A stretch of DNA of 64,000 nucleotides from NCBI GenBank assembly GCA_963724095.1, contig CAVRTH010000005.1, forward strand, positions 906,410 through 970,409. The letters are read 5' to 3'. Below the pieces are notes generated by a model, which was not told the DNA's origin, did not search any database, and saw only the letters and a program-made list of their open reading frames with translations. Below are positions 1-9,128 of the stretch, piece by piece. Source of the stretch: an uncultured Chloroflexia bacterium (GTDB lineage Bacteria > Chloroflexota > Limnocylindria > Limnocylindrales > CSP1-4). The position numbers and the translations under genes are program-made. Position 1 is the stretch's first letter. Each line of letters starts with the position of its first letter.

Positions 1-538
1 GCACCTGGTCGACCAGCCGCTCTGCGTCACGTAGCTCCTCGAGGCTCATGCGCTCGAAGGGCTTGTGCAGGAGCCGTTCACGCTCACTCCAGGAGATCGA
101 AGCCGCCGCCTCATCGGCAAGGTCCGCGCCGTCTTCAGACGCGTCGGCCCCGTCGCTGACGCCTCCTACGACATCATCGGCCCCCTCCGCCTCGCCGGCA
201 CTAAGGCGCGACATCTGCTCGTGCTCATCGGCCACGGCCTCGATCTGCAGGTCGAGCGCCATCGGCTCGATGGCCAGCTCGTAGCGCTGCCAGAAGCGGG
301 CGAAGACCTCCTCGTACACCGGCACCTCGTCGCGCCGCCGCACGAAGATGGCGAGTCCGGCCGCGCGCACCTGCTCGCGATCACCGATGTCGATGAGCGT
401 CAATGCCCGCGAGTAATCGATCGCAGCACCGATGTCGGTGGTGATCCCGGCCGCTCTCAGCGCGCGCGTGAACAGCAGCGAGTTCCAGAAGAAGGCACTG
501 CCGGAGACCCCGGCGACGGGCCTGCTCGGCTCGAGCAT
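1..538 (-). CDS. VWA-domain protein, CoxE-like (5' part only; gene runs off the left edge)
   Basis: Hand translation from ATG at 538-536 gives MLEPSRPVAGVSGSAFFWNSLLFTRALRAAGITTDIGAAIDYSRALTLIDIGDREQVRAAGLAIFVRRRDEVPVYEEVFARFW... This resembles the N-terminus of CoxE/VWA partners of MoxR ATPases. It starts 4 nt after the MoxR stop. It is absent from the ORF track because it has no stop inside the window. Confidence 0.6.
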   Translation of the reverse strand, partial: MLEPSRPVAGVSGSAFFWNSLLFTRALRAAGITTDIGAAIDYSRALTLIDIGDREQVRAAGLAIFVRRRDEVPVYEEVFARFWQRYELAIEPMALDLQIEAVADEHEQMSRLSAGEAEGADDVVGGVSDGADASEDGADLADEAAASISWSERERLLHKPFERMSLEELRDAERLVDQV

Positions 539-542
539 GCGC

Positions 543-1445
543 TCAGGCCGCCCCGGCGGTCGTCTCCGCCAGGTAGGCGGCCACGGTAGCGCCGCGGATG
601 GCGCGCACGTCCTCTTCGTACTTGAGCACCACACCCAGGGTGTCGTCGACGAGCTCGGCCGTGAGCCGGCCGGCACCGAGGGCCATGAGCGCGGCGGCCC
701 AGTCGATGGTCTCCGCTACGCCGGGCACCTTGGTCAGCTGCCCCGCACGCAGCCGCTGCACGAAGGCCACGATGGCCGCGGCCAGGCGCTCGGGTGTATC
801 GGGTACGCGCGCCAACACGATCTCGTACTCGCGCGCCGCGTCAGGGTAGTCGATCCAGTGGTAGAGGCAACGGCGCTTCAGCGCATCGTGGACCTCGCGT
901 GTGCGGTTGGATGTCAGCACCACGCGCGGCGGCTGCTCGGCCCGCACGGTCCCGATCTCCGGGATGGTGACCTGGAAATCGGAGAGGATCTCGAGCAGGA
1001 AGGCCTCGAACTCCTCGTCAGCCCGGTCGATCTCGTCGATGAGTAACACCGGCGCCACGCCGTCATCCGCTTCAAGCGCCTGCAGCAGTGGGCGCCTGAG
1101 CAGGAACCGTGGCGAGAAGATGTCGTGGGCGCCCGCACCGTCGAGCTTGCCTTGTGCCTCCAGCAGACGGATCTCCAGCATCTGCCGCGGGTAGTTCCAC
1201 TCGTAGACCGCGGTGTTGACGTCCAGTCCCTCGTAGCACTGGAGTCGGATGAGGCGAGCACCCAGCGTGGAAGCGAGCACCTTGGCGAGCTCGGTCTTGC
1301 CCACCCCGGCCTCGCCCTCAAGCAACAACGGACGACCCAGCTGCAAGCCGAGATAGACGGAAGTGATGAGAGCGCGGTCGGCGACATAGCCGCGATGGCT
1401 GAAGGCGACCTGGAGGCCGTCGATGGTATCTGGATGGTCGGGCAT
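543..1445 (-). CDS. MoxR/CoxD-like AAA+ ATPase
   Basis: 300-aa ORF. Walker A is LLEGEAGVGKTELAK and Walker B is VLLIDEIDRA. The MoxR-type N-terminal and C-terminal regions are both present. Confidence 0.85.
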   Translation of the reverse strand: MPDHPDTIDGLQVAFSHRGYVADRALITSVYLGLQLGRPLLLEGEAGVGKTELAKVLASTLGARLIRLQCYEGLDVNTAVYEWNYPRQMLEIRLLEAQGKLDGAGAHDIFSPRFLLRRPLLQALEADDGVAPVLLIDEIDRADEEFEAFLLEILSDFQVTIPEIGTVRAEQPPRVVLTSNRTREVHDALKRRCLYHWIDYPDAAREYEIVLARVPDTPERLAAAIVAFVQRLRAGQLTKVPGVAETIDWAAALMALGAGRLTAELVDDTLGVVLKYEEDVRAIRGATVAAYLAETTAGAA

Positions 1446-1477
1446 GTGCCGACTCTAGCGTGGTTGCGGTTTGCTAT

Positions 1478-1513
1478 GGTGCAGCGAGCCCATCAGGTGC
1501 AGCGAGCCCATCA
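1478..1513. repeat. Perfect 18-bp tandem direct repeat (ggtgcagcgagcccatca x2) in a divergent intergenic region
   Basis: Read directly: 1478-1495 is identical to 1496-1513. It lies between the MoxR start (1445) and the TTG start at 1534. Confidence 0.9.
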
Positions 1514-1533
1514 ACTGACCGAAGGGAGCGACG

Positions 1534-2274
1534 TTGGCCACAGAGCCTGAACGCCCGGAGCAGCCCGCAGCAGAGGACGCGCCGCAGCGCCAGAGGGCCT
1601 CTGACGCCATCGTGCCCTACGGCGCCCGGCTCGACCAGATCGCCCAGGAGCGTTTCAACCGCACCGACTGGATCGAGCTCGCCGCCGCGGTCCTCCTGGC
1701 GCTGGCCACCATCGTGGCTGCCTGGTCTGCCTACCAGGCCACTCGTTGGGGCGGCGTCCAGGCCAACAGCTACAGCGCCGCCGCAGCGAAACGCACAGAG
1801 GCCACGCAGCAGAACAGTGTCTTCGCGGCCCAGGTCCAGATCGACGTCATGGTCTGGATCGAATACCTCAAACAGCGGCAAGCGGACGATGAGGTCGGCA
1901 GCGACTTCTTCTACGAGCGCTTCCGACCCGAGTTCGTACCGGCCTTTGATGCGTGGCTCGCCCAGACCCCGACAGGCGAGATCCCACCGGGCACGCCCTT
2001 CGATCTCCCACAGTACGAGCCCCGGGCAGAACGACTGGCCAAGCAACTCAACGAGGAGGCCGATGCCCTGGCCGGCACGGCTCGCAACGCCAACCAGACC
2101 GGCGACAACTTCGTGCTGGTGGCAGTGATCATGGCGTCGGTGCTGTTCTTCGCCGGTGTCGGGACCAAGCTGAAGGGTCGCGGCGTGCGATTGATGATGC
2201 TGCTGCTCGCGGTGCTGCTGTTCCTGGGCGGCGTGGCGTTCATGTTGAGCATGCCCCAGAACGTGGGCCTCTGA
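1534..2274 (+). CDS. Hypothetical membrane protein (one N-proximal TM, two C-terminal TMs)
   Basis: 246-aa ORF with a TTG start and GGGAG 6 nt upstream. Hydrophobic segments are WIELAAAVLLALATIVAAW and FVLVAVIMASVLFFAGV...LLLAVLLFLGGVAFML. No family assigned. Confidence 0.6.
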   Translation: MATEPERPEQPAAEDAPQRQRASDAIVPYGARLDQIAQERFNRTDWIELAAAVLLALATIVAAWSAYQATRWGGVQANSYSAAAAKRTEATQQNSVFAAQVQIDVMVWIEYLKQRQADDEVGSDFFYERFRPEFVPAFDAWLAQTPTGEIPPGTPFDLPQYEPRAERLAKQLNEEADALAGTARNANQTGDNFVLVAVIMASVLFFAGVGTKLKGRGVRLMMLLLAVLLFLGGVAFMLSMPQNVGL

Positions 2275-2307
2275 CCACGTAGCGAGCGATCGATCGGCGA
2301 GCTCGGC

Positions 2308-2415
2308 TTGGCGGAGATCGTCTTCATCACGGTGGTCCTCTCGCGGCTGTTGGTGCCGCTGCTGATCATCCGCTTTCCGCTGCCGGCCATCCTCGCCTGC
2401 CTGCTCATCGACGCG
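2308..2415 (+). pseudogene. N-terminal fragment of a small membrane protein, apparently cut by the IS110-type insertion
   Basis: TTG-start ORF reads MAEIVFITVVLSRLLVPLLIIRFPLPAILACLLIDA, which is membrane-like. After ~2415 it degenerates into Ser/Arg/Pro-rich sequence. The boundary is approximate. Confidence 0.35.
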
Positions 2416-3490
2416 CGTGCATCGAGCACCGCCTCAGGACAAGCGTCGTCGGTCACTGGACTACCCTCCAGCGGACGGGCGCAGTCGAGCGTCCCGTCGT
2501 TCGGTGAGGATCGGGGAGACGGCCAACGTCGGTCGCCCCACGAGGGCCACCATGACACCGCCGCCCCCGGTCCCCCGAGGACGAGTGACCGGCATCAGAG
2601 GGACGCGCCGCAGAGCGCCAGTCAGTGACCGCCCGGGAGATGTCCTCGGGACCGGACTCGTGCTGCCACACGAGGGAGGACCCATGTACGTCGGGATCGA
2701 CTGGGCGGCGGACGAGCACGCCGTCTGCATCATCGAGGCGGATGGCCGGGTGGCCGACCGCTTCAGCATCGCCCACTCGGCCGAGGGCTTCGAGCAGCTC
2801 GTGTCCCGTCTGGCCCGCCGGGCGGAGCCAGCCGCGCTGCCGGTGGCCCTCGAGCGACCCGACGGCCGGCTCGTGGACCGTCTGCTCGAGGCCGGGCACC
2901 CGGTCGTGCCGGTCAAGACGACGGCCATCAAGGCCTGGCGCGAGGCCGAGGTCGGCTCGGGCGCCAAGAGCGATCCCGGCGATGCCAGGGTCATCGCCGA
3001 CTACCTGCGCCTGCGCGGACCCGGGCTGCGACCGCTGCGACCGTTCAGCGACGAGACGCGGGCGCTGCGCGCGGTCGTGCGCTCGCGCTCCGACCTCGTC
3101 GAGTTGCGGGTGGCCGCAGCCAACCAGCTGCGGGCCGTGCTGGCGGCTGCCTGGCCCGGTGCCGGCGAGCTCTTCGCCGACGTGAGCAGCCCCATCAGCC
3201 TCGCCTTCCTCGAGCGCTACCCGACCGCGACCTCGGCAGCCCGCCTGGGCGAGGGCCGCATGGGCGCGTTCCTGCGCAAGCACGGCTACAGCGGTCGGCG
3301 CCGTCCGGCCGAGCTGCTCGAGCGGCTGCGGGCCGCTCCCGCCGGCCTGGCCGATGGGCCGGAGTCGGGGGCCCGCCGCGACGTGGTCCTCGCGATGGTC
3401 CGGGTCCTGCGCGCCCTGGACCGCTCGATCAAGGACCTCGACCGCTCGGTCGTGGCCCGTCTGGGCGAGCATCCGGACGCCGGTTCGCTC
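2416..3490 (+). mobile_element. IS110-family element remnant (left non-coding end plus 5' ~270 codons of the recombinase); right end missing
   Basis: Recombinase N-terminal DEDD/RuvC-like domain starts at 2684. There is a ~265-nt non-coding region upstream. The C-terminal Tnp domain is absent. Both borders are estimates. Confidence 0.55.
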
Positions 3491-3799
3491 GTCTCGGTGG
3501 GCAACACGCCGATCTCGGTCTTCATCGGACATCCCGACAGCCTCGATTCCGAGGCCCAGATGCTGCCCATCGCGGCCGGCGACGAGGTCATCATCACCGA
3601 GGAGACGTATAAGCGGTACGACAACGTCAGCATCGGTCACTGGTACAGGGTCGCGCGCCACACGAACAGCACCAACGCCACCGTCCAGTTCAGGGTCCGG
3701 GTGCGACTGTATGACACAGGTATCACTCCGGTACCCGTGGCACTGAAGACGGCCATCAAGGATCAGATCGTGGTGAAGGTCGCAAAGCACCGCACGTGA
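2684..3799 (+). pseudogene. IS110-family transposase, truncated after ~270 aa and fused in frame to an unrelated ~100-aa tail
   Basis: ATG at 2684 with GAGGGAGGA upstream. Sequence is MYVGIDWAADEHAVCIIEADGRV...GDARVIADYLR...LGEHPDAG, typical of the IS110 N-terminal domain. The expected SLPGIG...SG C-terminal domain is replaced by TPISVFIGHPDSLDSEAQMLPIAAGDEVIITEETYKRYDNV... No IS110-like continuation was found in the other two frames. Confidence 0.7.
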
Positions 3800-3958
3800 G
3801 CGTGGGCGTGGCCTCCCTCCGAGGGCACCGCGCTACCTCGGCCGGCAGGCCCGTCGAAGGTCGTCCCACAGGGGGGACCGTCGGCCTCGATGGGCTCGAG
3901 ACGGCACGCTGAACGCGAGACCGCCGGCGACTTGGAGCGGCGCCAAGCGGCGGACGGA

Positions 3959-6900
3959 TCAGGCGATACCGGCAGTGCCTGAGCGTGCCGCAGCGGAAAG
4001 CCGCTCGACGAGCAGCCTGCTGAGGGCCCATGACTCCGCGGCGTCCCTCGGCACTCGCACGCGCACCTGGTTGGAGGCGTAGCGGATGCGTCCCTGCAGC
4101 GCGCGCAGCGGATCGTCGACCGCCGTGGGCGCCAGCGCGCGCATGGTGTCTGCCCGAGACCAGTCGGGCCCGAAGCGCAGCACCAGCTGGCCTTCCTCGC
4201 GCGAGACCTGCAGCAGTCCGGCTTCCTCGGCACGATAGCGCAGGCGCGACACCTCCAGCAGCCGCTCCACTGGCGACGGCATGACGCCGTAACGGTCGAG
4301 TAGCTCGGCGCGGATCTCATCGAGGCCGTCGTTGCTGACGACCCGGCCCAGCCTGCGATACAGCTCCAGCTTCTGCGGCTCCTCGGGCACGTAGTCACTG
4401 GGCAGGTAGGCATCGACGGGCAGGTCGATCTTGGCCTGCGTCCGGGCGGTGTGCGCCGCGCGCCCTTCGAGCGCAGCCTTCTCGACCTCCACGGCTTCCG
4501 CCAGCATGCGCGTGTACAGGTCGAAGCCGACGGCCGCCATGTGGCCATGCTGCTCGGCACCGAGGATGTTGCCGGCGCCCCGGATCTCCAGATCCGACAG
4601 CGCGATCTGGAAGCCAGCGCCCAGCTCGGAGGCGTTGAAGATCGCCGCCAACCGCTTGCGGGCGATGTCCGATAGAGCGGCCTTGCGGCGATACAGCAGG
4701 TAGGCGTAGGCACGCCGCGACGAGCGACCCACGCGGCCACGCAGCTGGTACAGCTGAGCCAGGCCCAGCGCGTCCGCACGGTCGATGACGATGGTGTTGG
4801 CGTTGGGGATGTCCAGGCCCGATTCGATGATGGTGGTGCTGACGAGGACATCGTGCTCGCCGGCCGCGAACGCCAGCATCACCTTCTCCAGCGCGCCTTC
4901 CGGCATCTGCCCGTGGCCCACGACGATGCGCGCGCTGGGCAGCAGCCGTCGCAGCTGCTCGGCCTGGGCCTCGATGGTCTCGACGCGGTTGTGCACGTAG
5001 AAGACCTGACCGCCCCGGTCGAGCTCACGCAGGACGGCATCGCGTACCAGGCCAGCCGACGCTTCGGCGACTCGCGTCTGGATGGGCAGGCGATCCTCAG
5101 GTGGAGTCTCGATGACACTCATGTCGCGGACCCCTACAAGCGCCAGGTTGAGCGTGCGTGGGATAGGCGTGGCCGAGAGCGTCAGCACGTGCACCTCGGT
5201 CTTGAGCCGCTTCAGGCGTTCCTTGTGGGTCACGCCAAAGCGTTGCTCTTCATCCACCACGACAAGACCGAGGTCCCTGAAGTGGATGTCCTTGCTCAGG
5301 AGCCGGTGCGTCCCGATGACGACATCGACCGTGCCTGCCTCCAGGCCGGCCAGGGTGTCCTGTTGCTCGCGCCTCGAAACGAAGCGGCTCAACGAGCGTA
5401 CCGCGATGGGGTAGGCAGCGAAGCGCTGCCCGAAGGTGACCAGATGCTGCGCGGCCAGGACCGTGGTGGGCACCAGCACCGCCACCTGCGTTCCCGCCTG
5501 GATGGCCTTGAACGCCGCTCGCAGCGCGACCTCGGTCTTGCCGTATCCGACGTCGCCGACCACCAGACGGTCCATGGGCGTATCGCGCTCCAGGTCGGCC
5601 TTGACCTCGTTGGCCGCGCGCAGCTGGTCGGGCGTCTCCTCGTAGGGGAACGCCGCCTCCATCTCCGATTGCCAGGGTGTGTCCTCGTCGAACGGGCGAC
5701 CATGGGCCCTGGCGCGGTCGGAATAGAGTCGAAGCAGGTCGCGAGCCAGATCGCCGACCGCCTTCTGGACACGCCGCCGGGCCTGCTGCCACTCTCCACC
5801 GCCGAGCTTGCTGAGTGTCGGATGGTCTCCTCCGGCGTAGCGTGAGACACGCTCGATCTGCTCGACTGGCACCCACATCCGGCCCTTCTCGGCGAAGTGC
5901 AGCTCAAGGAAGTCGCGCTCTTGGGTGCCCTTGCCGCCCGCCGCACGCCTCACCAGGCCCTCGTAGCGTGCCACCCCGTGGTCGACGTGGACCACGATGT
6001 CGCCGGGCTCCAGCCGCTCCAGCAGGTCGCGCGGCACGACCCGGCGCATGGCCCGCGGTCGACGCACCCGCACACCCCCGAAAAGCTCGCGGTCGGTGAC
6101 GAGGACGAGCCCGTCGGGGCCGCCGGCAAAGCCACCGTTGAGGCTCCGATCGAGGAGCGCGAGGCCACCGCGCGGCACCGGCTGGTGGAGGGCCTGCAGC
6201 GGCGAAGCCGCCATGCCGCCATCCTCGAGGATCTCGGCCAGCCGCGCCGACTGGTCCGAGGCCAGCACCACGCGCGCCGCCTCGCCCCGCCAGCGAAGGA
6301 CGGTCGCGGCCAAGTCACCGATGGCAGCGGGCGGCAGGCTGGGCTCATGCCAACCGAAGGGGTTGCCACCGGGTGGCGCGTCGTCAGTTTCGGGCTCCCA
6401 GGTCAGCTCCAGCGTGGATGCCTCGTGTAGTGCCGACTTCCACTCGCGAGGAGTGGGGTAGGCCGAGGCCCAGCGCGCGGGGATCTCGCCTGCCCGCTCC
6501 AGCTCTGCCCGGCGATCGTCCGCCTGCGAGTGCAGGAAGTCGGCCACCGCGGCGACCTCGCCGGGCTCATCGATGAGCCAGATGGCCGGGTCGAGGTGGT
6601 CGATGGCAGTGCTTGGCGCCAGGTAGCCACCCCATAGCTCGGCAGCGTCCCCCAGGGCAGAGCTGCCGAAACGTTGCAGGTCCGACTGCAGGTTCTCGGG
6701 CAGGCGAGCCACCGAGCGACCCATGCGTTCGACGAGCACATCGCGTGCGTCGGCGCTCAGGAGGAACTCCGAGGCCGGCAGCAGCGAGGCCTCATCCATC
6801 GGTCCCGTCCCACGCTGATCCGCGGGATCGAAGGCGCGAAGCGAATCGATCTCGTCACCGAACCACTCGACGCGGACCGGCATCGGCTGCCCGGCGGGGA

Positions 6901-7570
6901 AGATATCCACGATACCGCCGCGCCTGGCGAACTCGCCACGGCCTCCGACCTCCGGCACGTGCTCGTAGCCGAGACCGAGGAGCGCCGCCACGACCCGGTC
7001 GGGGCCCAAGCGGGTGCCCCTGCGCAACGTGAGTGGCTCGGTCGGGATGTCGGCCGGCGCCAGCGTGCGCTGGAAGAGGGCCTGCACGCTGGCTACGAGG
7101 ATGCGAGCGGGACCGCCTTCGCGGCGCCAGGCGGCCAGTGCTGCTACCCGGGCGGCGGACTCGTCGCGCACCAACTCCGAGCGCTCGTAGGCCAGCGCCG
7201 TCCGCGGCTCCAACGTCACCACCCGCTCGACGCCGCCCAACCACACCGCCAGCTCCTCCGCTACCCGGTCGGCGATCTCGGCGTCACGCGCGATCCAGAC
7301 GATGCGTTCGCCCAGCGCCTCCGTCAGCGCCGCTGCGAGGTACGTCTTGGCGCCATGCGGTACCGCCGCGTAGGTGACGTGTCGCAGGTCACGGCCGACC
7401 CGACCCCCCCTCGCCTGCCGGTAGCGATCGACCAGCGTCTGCAGCTCACCGGTCTGCGCCAGTAGTGCCGGCAGCGGCGAGAGGTCGGGAACACGGTGGC
7501 GAGGGGTCGGAGCGGCGCCTCGGTCGTGGCGCCCGCGGCGCGATCGGGTGCGCCCGAAGGCGTCGCTCAC
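3959..7570 (-). CDS. mfd: Transcription-repair coupling factor
   Basis: Helicase motifs GDVGYGKTEVA, DEEQRFGV and SATPIPRT are present, with UvrB-homology and CarD-like regions. The start is assigned to GTG 7570-7568, overlapping the pth stop (GTGA). The track ORF extension to 7789 overlaps pth and is rejected. Confidence 0.9.
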   Translation of the reverse strand: MSDAFGRTRSRRGRHDRGAAPTPRHRVPDLSPLPALLAQTGELQTLVDRYRQARGGRVGRDLRHVTYAAVPHGAKTYLAAALTEALGERIVWIARDAEIADRVAEELAVWLGGVERVVTLEPRTALAYERSELVRDESAARVAALAAWRREGGPARILVASVQALFQRTLAPADIPTEPLTLRRGTRLGPDRVVAALLGLGYEHVPEVGGRGEFARRGGIVDIFPAGQPMPVRVEWFGDEIDSLRAFDPADQRGTGPMDEASLLPASEFLLSADARDVLVERMGRSVARLPENLQSDLQRFGSSALGDAAELWGGYLAPSTAIDHLDPAIWLIDEPGEVAAVADFLHSQADDRRAELERAGEIPARWASAYPTPREWKSALHEASTLELTWEPETDDAPPGGNPFGWHEPSLPPAAIGDLAATVLRWRGEAARVVLASDQSARLAEILEDGGMAASPLQALHQPVPRGGLALLDRSLNGGFAGGPDGLVLVTDRELFGGVRVRRPRAMRRVVPRDLLERLEPGDIVVHVDHGVARYEGLVRRAAGGKGTQERDFLELHFAEKGRMWVPVEQIERVSRYAGGDHPTLSKLGGGEWQQARRRVQKAVGDLARDLLRLYSDRARAHGRPFDEDTPWQSEMEAAFPYEETPDQLRAANEVKADLERDTPMDRLVVGDVGYGKTEVALRAAFKAIQAGTQVAVLVPTTVLAAQHLVTFGQRFAAYPIAVRSLSRFVSRREQQDTLAGLEAGTVDVVIGTHRLLSKDIHFRDLGLVVVDEEQRFGVTHKERLKRLKTEVHVLTLSATPIPRTLNLALVGVRDMSVIETPPEDRLPIQTRVAEASAGLVRDAVLRELDRGGQVFYVHNRVETIEAQAEQLRRLLPSARIVVGHGQMPEGALEKVMLAFAAGEHDVLVSTTIIESGLDIPNANTIVIDRADALGLAQLYQLRGRVGRSSRRAYAYLLYRRKAALSDIARKRLAAIFNASELGAGFQIALSDLEIRGAGNILGAEQHGHMAAVGFDLYTRMLAEAVEVEKAALEGRAAHTARTQAKIDLPVDAYLPSDYVPEEPQKLELYRRLGRVVSNDGLDEIRAELLDRYGVMPSPVERLLEVSRLRYRAEEAGLLQVSREEGQLVLRFGPDWSRADTMRALAPTAVDDPLRALQGRIRYASNQVRVRVPRDAAESWALSRLLVERLSAAARSGTAGIA

Positions 7571-8301
7571 CGCGGACCTCGGTCCCGCCCGGGCAGGAGG
7601 TCCGGCAGCAGCTTGCGCCACCCGCTGCGTGTGCGGACGATGCCATCGGCGTGGGGTGCCGGCCCGTCGTCCTGCGGCGGCGTGGGCGTGGGCGTCGACC
7701 CGGGGCTGCCGGAAGCACTCTCGGACCCGAGATCGGGCATCCAACCATTCCATCGGTTGGCGACGGTGTCGGGTCCGTCGCTGGCCCACAGCTCGACCGC
7801 GTCTGCAGCGGCGTCGAGGATGACCTCGAGGTGGCGTTGTTCGGCGTGCTCGAAGTCGCCCAGGACGTGCTTGACGGCGGCCCCTTGTGGAGTGCCGATG
7901 CCGACGCGCAGCCGGGCGAAAGACTCCGTGCCCATCTCGCCGATGATCGAGCGCAGCCCGTTATGGCCGCCGGCGCTCCCGCGCGACTTCATGCGTAGCT
8001 TGCCCAAGGGCAGCGACATGTCGTCGACGACGACCAGCACATCAGCCAAGGGCGCCCGTTCGCGGGCCAGGACCTTGCGCACTGCCTCGCCCGAGGCGTT
8101 CATGTAGGTCATCGGCTTGACCAGGATCAGCTCGTCGCCACCCAGCCGACCACGTACCGTGGCAGCAGCGTCCTTGGCCTTGGCGCGGCCAGCCACGCCA
8201 AGGCGATCAGCCAGCCGATCGAGCACCATCCAGCCGATGTTGTGGCGGGTCTTCTGGTAGCGCGAGCCGGGGTTGCCCAGGCCCACCACGATCTTCTTCA
8301 C
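7567..8301 (-). CDS. pth: Peptidyl-tRNA hydrolase with a ~55-aa Pro/Ser/Gly-rich C-terminal extension
   Basis: Sequence is MKKIVVGLGNPGSRYQKTRHNIGW...GHNGLRSI...ANRWNG, followed by DLGSESASGSPGSTPTPTPPQDDGP... Confidence 0.9.
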   Translation of the reverse strand: MKKIVVGLGNPGSRYQKTRHNIGWMVLDRLADRLGVAGRAKAKDAAATVRGRLGGDELILVKPMTYMNASGEAVRKVLARERAPLADVLVVVDDMSLPLGKLRMKSRGSAGGHNGLRSIIGEMGTESFARLRVGIGTPQGAAVKHVLGDFEHAEQRHLEVILDAAADAVELWASDGPDTVANRWNGWMPDLGSESASGSPGSTPTPTPPQDDGPAPHADGIVRTRSGWRKLLPDLLPGRDRGPR

Positions 8302-8390
8302 CGCGTCCTCTCGCCTCTCCGGGCATGCCGACTGGCCGCCACCCGTCTTCGCTCGGGCGCGGCCTTGTCAGCGATGGTACCCGCAGCAGG

Positions 8391-9128
8391 TCAGCGTGCG
8401 CTGGCGGTCGGTTCCATGCGTGGCGCGGAGGGGCGGCTCGCCGCCGTTACTGACTCCCGACGCATCGCCATGGCCAGGACGACGCGGTAGACGAACAGGA
8501 AGACCACGATCGTGCTCATGAGCACGTACCCCACGAAGACCCAGGTAGCTTGCGTGTCCGTGCCGGCCATGAGGCCATGTACCGTCGCGCCCACGAACGC
8601 CAGGAACGAGAGATAGTGCACTCGGCGCCAGTTGGGAGCCCCGATGCGCTTCTTCACGTAGAAGCTGAGCAGCACCAGCAGTGTGATCGCCAGCGTGATC
8701 TGCCCGAATCCGACCCAGAGTGGCCGATACGGACCGCTGAATGGGACGATCACCTCCAGCGGGCTGTAGGGCACGCTGCGGTCGATCATGAGAACCGCGG
8801 CGTGCACCAGCGCGAGGGCCAGGCCGATCGAGGAGAGGTCCTGGTGGAGCGTGAAAGAGACCGCCCGGTGGGCGATCCGGTCGAGGATCTTGGTCGACAA
8901 CAGGAGCCCGTAGACGACCGCGCCGGTCAGCGCCAGGTAGGCGAGCAGGGCGGAGATGCGAGTGACGTACCAAGGCAGACGCTGATACTCGTCCCGCAGC
9001 CAACCCGTCGCGGAGTCCAGCGCAGAAGCGCCGGTACCGGCCACCACGATGGCGATGATGCCGAGGAAGAGTGTCCAGCGCAGGACGCGCGTGCGAGGAT
9101 GAAGTCCCTGGTACATCAGCTGAGCCAC
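8391..9128 (-). CDS. Ferric-reductase-like (MsrQ/YedZ-type) transmembrane heme-binding protein
   Basis: 245 aa with ~6 TM segments. Conserved His residues lie in TM helices (TLHQDL, LVHAAVLM, VHYLSFLAFVGATVHG). It overlaps the apbE stop by 13 nt. Confidence 0.65.
   Translation of the reverse strand: MAQLMYQGLHPRTRVLRWTLFLGIIAIVVAGTGASALDSATGWLRDEYQRLPWYVTRISALLAYLALTGAVVYGLLLSTKILDRIAHRAVSFTLHQDLSSIGLALALVHAAVLMIDRSVPYSPLEVIVPFSGPYRPLWVGFGQITLAITLLVLLSFYVKKRIGAPNWRRVHYLSFLAFVGATVHGLMAGTDTQATWVFVGYVLMSTIVVFLFVYRVVLAMAMRRESVTAASRPSAPRMEPTASAR

Noticed and set aside
7571-7789. N-terminal extension of the mfd ORF, and likewise menD 41986-42045, dnaJ 27728-27811 and tetR 43990-44160
   Set aside because: The extensions overlap upstream genes or promoters and are Arg/Pro-rich. 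Better starts with coupling or an RBS exist downstream.
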